NCBI GenBank assembly: GCA_045536665.1
Contig: JAZSNX010000085.1
Span: 1-35,877 of the forward strand
Direction: 5' to 3'
Source of the DNA: Eubacteriales bacterium
GTDB lineage: Bacteria; Bacillota; Clostridia; Oscillospirales; CAG-272
Length of the DNA stretch: 35,877 bases
Shown here: piece by piece, positions 32,697-35,877 of the stretch
Position numbering within the stretch: the first letter of the stretch is position 1
Layout: each line of letters begins with the position of its first letter
Notes under the pieces: model-generated
What the model was told of the DNA's origin: nothing
Database searches by the model: none
Seen by the model: the letters and a program-made list of their open reading frames with translations, nothing else
Program-made: the position numbers and the translations under genes

Positions 32697-33728
32697 ATGT
32701 TGGCTTTGGTAAAAACAAAAAAAGGAGAGGGCTTTTTTTCACTTGAGGAGCGCCCTGTTCCCACCTACGGAGATGATGAGGTGCTGGTTCGCGTAGCTTT
32801 TGGCGGTATATGCGGTACGGACATTCACATTCTCCACGATCAGTTTACTTATTATCCGCCCGTTATCGTAGGACACGAGTTTTCGGGAGTTGTAGAGGAG
32901 GTCGGCAGCAAGGTTACGCTCTATAAAAAAGGTGACGCGGTTGTCGGTGAGCCTCACAACAAGGCGTGCGGCAAGTGCTATCTTTGCAGAAACGGACACA
33001 TTCAGAACTGTATGGATAAGCGCTCTATCGGTTGGGGTATCGACGGCTGCTTTACTACCTACGTGGTAATGCCCGAAAAGCTTCTTCATAAGATACCCGA
33101 GGGACTTTCCCTCAAGGAAGCGGCTATGGCAGAGCCTTCGGCTATCGTTGCTCATCAGCTTCTTGAGAGAGCGCGCGTGACACCCGGTGACAACGTAGTC
33201 ATTATGGGCGTTGGTCCTATCGCTCTTCTTGCCGCGCAGATGGCGAGAATAGCGGGAGCGGGAAAGATAATTCTTTGCGGCACTACGGCAGACGCTGAAT
33301 ATCGTTTGAAAATAGCCGATGAGTTGGGCTGCTACGATCTGTTTATAGACGTTATCAAGGAAGATGCCGCCGCTATCATAATGAGAGAAACTGGCATTGG
33401 AGCAGACCTTGTGGTCGAGGCATCCGGCGCGGGCAGCGCGATACGCACAGGCATAAAGGTGCTTCGCAAGTGGGGACGCTTTTGCGCTATCGGAATGACG
33501 GGCGCTCCCACGGTAGAAGTGCCGTGGAACGAGGCAATGATGAAGGTGCTGGATGTTCAGTTTAATATGAGCTCAAGCTATAACGGCTGGAATATAGCTC
33601 TCTCGCTTATGGCAAGCGGAAAGCTCAATGTCGCGCCTATGATAGGCGTAAGACCTCTTGCCGAATGGGAGCAGGCGTTCGCCGATCTTGAGGCAGGCAA
33701 GGCGATGAAGCTCTTGCTTGAAATCTAA
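32697..33728 (+). CDS. Zinc-dependent medium-chain dehydrogenase (sorbitol / threonine dehydrogenase-like)
   Basis: GICGTDIH, GHEFSGVV and the structural-Zn cysteines C..C..C...C (CGKCYLCRNGHIQNC). GVGPIALL is the Rossmann motif. Confidence 0.85.
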   Translation: MLALVKTKKGEGFFSLEERPVPTYGDDEVLVRVAFGGICGTDIHILHDQFTYYPPVIVGHEFSGVVEEVGSKVTLYKKGDAVVGEPHNKACGKCYLCRNGHIQNCMDKRSIGWGIDGCFTTYVVMPEKLLHKIPEGLSLKEAAMAEPSAIVAHQLLERARVTPGDNVVIMGVGPIALLAAQMARIAGAGKIILCGTTADAEYRLKIADELGCYDLFIDVIKEDAAAIIMRETGIGADLVVEASGAGSAIRTGIKVLRKWGRFCAIGMTGAPTVEVPWNEAMMKVLDVQFNMSSSYNGWNIALSLMASGKLNVAPMIGVRPLAEWEQAFADLEAGKAMKLLLEI

Positions 33729-33762
33729 TCACACTTAATTTTAAACATAGGAGATATCAATT

Positions 33763-34536
33763 ATGGTAATCGATTTCAAAAACAAGGTTGTAGTTATCAC
33801 AGGCGCGGCGGGAGGCATTGGCTCAGCTATGGCTCATCGCTTCGCTGAGGACGGAGCAAAGGTCGCCGTTTGTGACCTTCGCGGAACACAGACAGTTGCC
33901 GACGCGATAGCGGCTGACGGCTACACGGCAAAGGGATACGATTTTGATATTACCGACAGAGAGGCAGTCAAGGCGGCTATGGCAAAGATAGCTGAGGAGC
34001 TTGGCGGCATAGACGTTCTCGTAAACAATGCGGGTATCAACGTAGGACCTGACGAGAGAAAGCACGTTGACGAGTTCAGCGACAAGTGGTGGGACGCGAT
34101 CCTCAAGGTAGATCTTGACGGTACATATAACTGCACGAAGCTCGCTATTCCCTATATGAGCGAGGGCTCGAGCATAGTTAATATAAGCTCTATCGTAGGT
34201 ATGGTACCGCTCCGCAATCAGTGCGCGTTCACGGCGGCTAAGGCGGCGGTCATAAACTTCACTAAGGCTATCGCAATGGAGCTTGCTCCCAAGGGCATTC
34301 GCGCGAACGTTATCTGCCCCGGCACTATCGGCATTGCCGTTACCAACAAGCTTTGGTCGGAGAACAGCGCAATGGCGGGACTTCTCTCTCACATTCCTAT
34401 GGGACGTCAGGGTGTGCCCGATGAGATAGCGAACGCGACGGCGTTTATGGCGTCTGACGCGGCTTCCTACATAACAGGCGCGGTAATTCCCGTTGACGGC
34501 GGCTGGACCTGCGGCGGATTCGCGAGAAACTTTTGA
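33763..34536 (+). CDS. Short-chain dehydrogenase/reductase (SDR)
   Basis: TGAAGGIG cofactor motif and NNAG. The S..A(x3)K layout resembles the catalytic triad region (SIVG...FTAAKAAV); note A rather than the usual Y at the expected position. Confidence 0.8.
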   Translation: MVIDFKNKVVVITGAAGGIGSAMAHRFAEDGAKVAVCDLRGTQTVADAIAADGYTAKGYDFDITDREAVKAAMAKIAEELGGIDVLVNNAGINVGPDERKHVDEFSDKWWDAILKVDLDGTYNCTKLAIPYMSEGSSIVNISSIVGMVPLRNQCAFTAAKAAVINFTKAIAMELAPKGIRANVICPGTIGIAVTNKLWSENSAMAGLLSHIPMGRQGVPDEIANATAFMASDAASYITGAVIPVDGGWTCGGFARNF

Positions 34537-34547
34537 GGGGGCTGACT

Positions 34548-35309
34548 ATGGAAAATTTTGCGCTTAAGCTTATGGCAACTCCCGTAAAGACGGGTGAGGT
34601 CGGCGTGTTCTTTCTCGGTCAGGCGGGATTTGTGCTCAAAACACCTGCCGGAGAGCTTATAGCCGTTGACCCTTATCTCTCGGATTGCTGTGAAAGATAT
34701 TTTGGATTTAAGAGACTTATGCCTCACATTCTCGGAGCTGACGAGGTGATATTCGACTACGTCGTCGCTTCTCACGCGCACTTCGACCATTTCGACCCCG
34801 ACAGCGTTCCCACGCTTCTCGGAAACGGAAAGACAAAATTTGTTGGGGCAAAGGACACTGCCGCAGAGTGCGAGCGCCTTGGCATCAAGGACGGTCTCAC
34901 CTTTATTTCGGTCGGCGACAAGGTAGAGATGGGCGGAGCAACGCTTACCGCGGTTCGCTGTGACCACGGCGCTGATACCCCCCACGCTCTCGGACTTCTC
35001 TTTGAGATAGAGGGTAAGAGGATATATATGATGGGCGATACGGCGTACCGTCCCGAGTGGCTCGACGACGAGGCTATCAAGGGAGCTGACCTTTTGATAC
35101 TACCCATAAACGGCGCTTTCGGAAATCTCGATTCCGCACAGGCGGCAAAGGTCGTAAAGGCGCTCTCTCCCAAGCTCGCAGTTCCCTGTCACTATTGGAA
35201 CTTCGCGCAGCATTACGGAAGCCCGTATGAGTTTATGACCGAGATGGAGAACAACTGCCCCGATATTCCCTACCTGCTTATGCGTCAGGGAGAGGGCATG
35301 ATGCTTTGA
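34548..35309 (+). CDS. MBL-fold metallo-hydrolase (UlaG-like lactonase type)
   Basis: ASHAHFDHFD metal motif. The ATG at 34548 follows a GAGGGGG RBS. Confidence 0.75.
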   Translation: MENFALKLMATPVKTGEVGVFFLGQAGFVLKTPAGELIAVDPYLSDCCERYFGFKRLMPHILGADEVIFDYVVASHAHFDHFDPDSVPTLLGNGKTKFVGAKDTAAECERLGIKDGLTFISVGDKVEMGGATLTAVRCDHGADTPHALGLLFEIEGKRIYMMGDTAYRPEWLDDEAIKGADLLILPINGAFGNLDSAQAAKVVKALSPKLAVPCHYWNFAQHYGSPYEFMTEMENNCPDIPYLLMRQGEGMML

Positions 35310-35877
35310 TGATAAGCAAGACAAAATATAAGGACAGAGACGCGATAGTCGTTGAAGCCGAACGTCTGCGAGCTACGCTTTTGCCGTGTGACGGAGCAAA
35401 AATGGCTTCTCTTATCGACAAGAAAACGGGCAAGGAGCTACTTGCTGTAAAGGATACAGAAAAGTACAGAGTGCTGACATACGACGGAAGCTACGTGGAT
35501 TCGGAGTGCAGCGCGTTTGACGATATGTTCCCGACAATCGATCCGTATACTCCCGAGATCGGGGCATACAAGGGTATTTCCTATCCCGACCACGGTGAGG
35601 TGTGCAGACTTCCCTTTGAGACGGAAATATCGGATAGCTTCGTGACACTCACCGCAAGCTCTCGCATATTCCCAACGACCTACAAAAAGACCGTGATACC
35701 TACAGGTGACGGAATAAGCATAAGCTACTCTGTCGAAAACCGAGGAGACGAGCCCTTCCCCTTTATATGGGCGGGACACGTTATGCTCAAGGGAGAGGAC
35801 GGAATGCGTCTGCATACGCCGTTTGACGAGGACGCTCCTATAGAGATGATATTTGCGACGGACGGCTATGATACAAA
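35309..35877 (+). CDS. Aldose-1-epimerase-like (galactose mutarotase fold) protein, 3'-truncated by the window edge
   Basis: Own translation from the ATG overlapping the previous stop (TGATG): MISKTKYKDRDAIVVEAERLRATLLPCDGAKMASLIDKKTGKELL.., a mutarotase-like N-terminus. The frame stays open to the window end. Confidence 0.55.
   Translation, partial: MISKTKYKDRDAIVVEAERLRATLLPCDGAKMASLIDKKTGKELLAVKDTEKYRVLTYDGSYVDSECSAFDDMFPTIDPYTPEIGAYKGISYPDHGEVCRLPFETEISDSFVTLTASSRIFPTTYKKTVIPTGDGISISYSVENRGDEPFPFIWAGHVMLKGEDGMRLHTPFDEDAPIEMIFATDGYDT

Noticed and set aside
1-35877. CRISPR arrays, rRNA genes, intact transposases or integrases, prophage structural genes
   Set aside because: I found no regularly spaced direct repeats, no rRNA-like sequence and no recombinase motifs on either strand. 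The only transposase-related sequence is the decayed relic at 20185-20518.

Overview
The window looks like a chromosomal segment of a Clostridia-type Firmicute. Supporting features are a T-box leader, a ZTP/pfl riboswitch, an SLH-domain wall protein, BspA-type LRR lipoproteins, gatCAB, and many consensus TTGACA-17-TATAAT promoters. Sampled lines suggest more than 50% GC for the core. Most of the window is housekeeping: rlmD, a metallophosphoesterase, nif3 and trmK; aroK; gatCAB; pflBA behind a ZTP riboswitch; cysK plus a GNAT. The rest comprises a YfcC-type carrier, a MATE exporter, tRNA-Leu(UAG), an M20 peptidase operon and an AraC-controlled dehydrogenase/lactonase-like cluster. The strongest candidate for a novel system is a roughly 2.7 kb AT-rich islet (about 126-2807) inserted exactly at the 3' end of rlmD. 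It is bracketed by a decayed duplicate of the rlmD 3' coding end and has no integrase. The islet carries two co-oriented genes. One is an unassigned 206-aa cytosolic protein. The other is a 536-aa protein with a lipoprotein signal, a BspA-like LRR ectodomain, a single TM helix, an unassigned cytosolic domain and a C-terminal zinc-finger HNH nuclease, i.e. a receptor-like outside-in nuclease. Other observations worth follow-up:
- A T-box leader (probable AUC/Ile specifier) controls an unusual HTH-cupin-acyl-CoA-synthetase fusion.
- A 132-bp module bounded by perfect 14-bp inverted repeats holds four co-oriented DnaA-box-like sites, far from any dnaA gene.
- The tRNA-Leu transcription unit contains extra 5', 3' and inverted fragments of the same tRNA separated by highly structured spacers.
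- There is an internally deleted RAYT/IS200-like Y1 transposase relic.
All domain calls rest on motif recognition by eye. No database search or folding was run.
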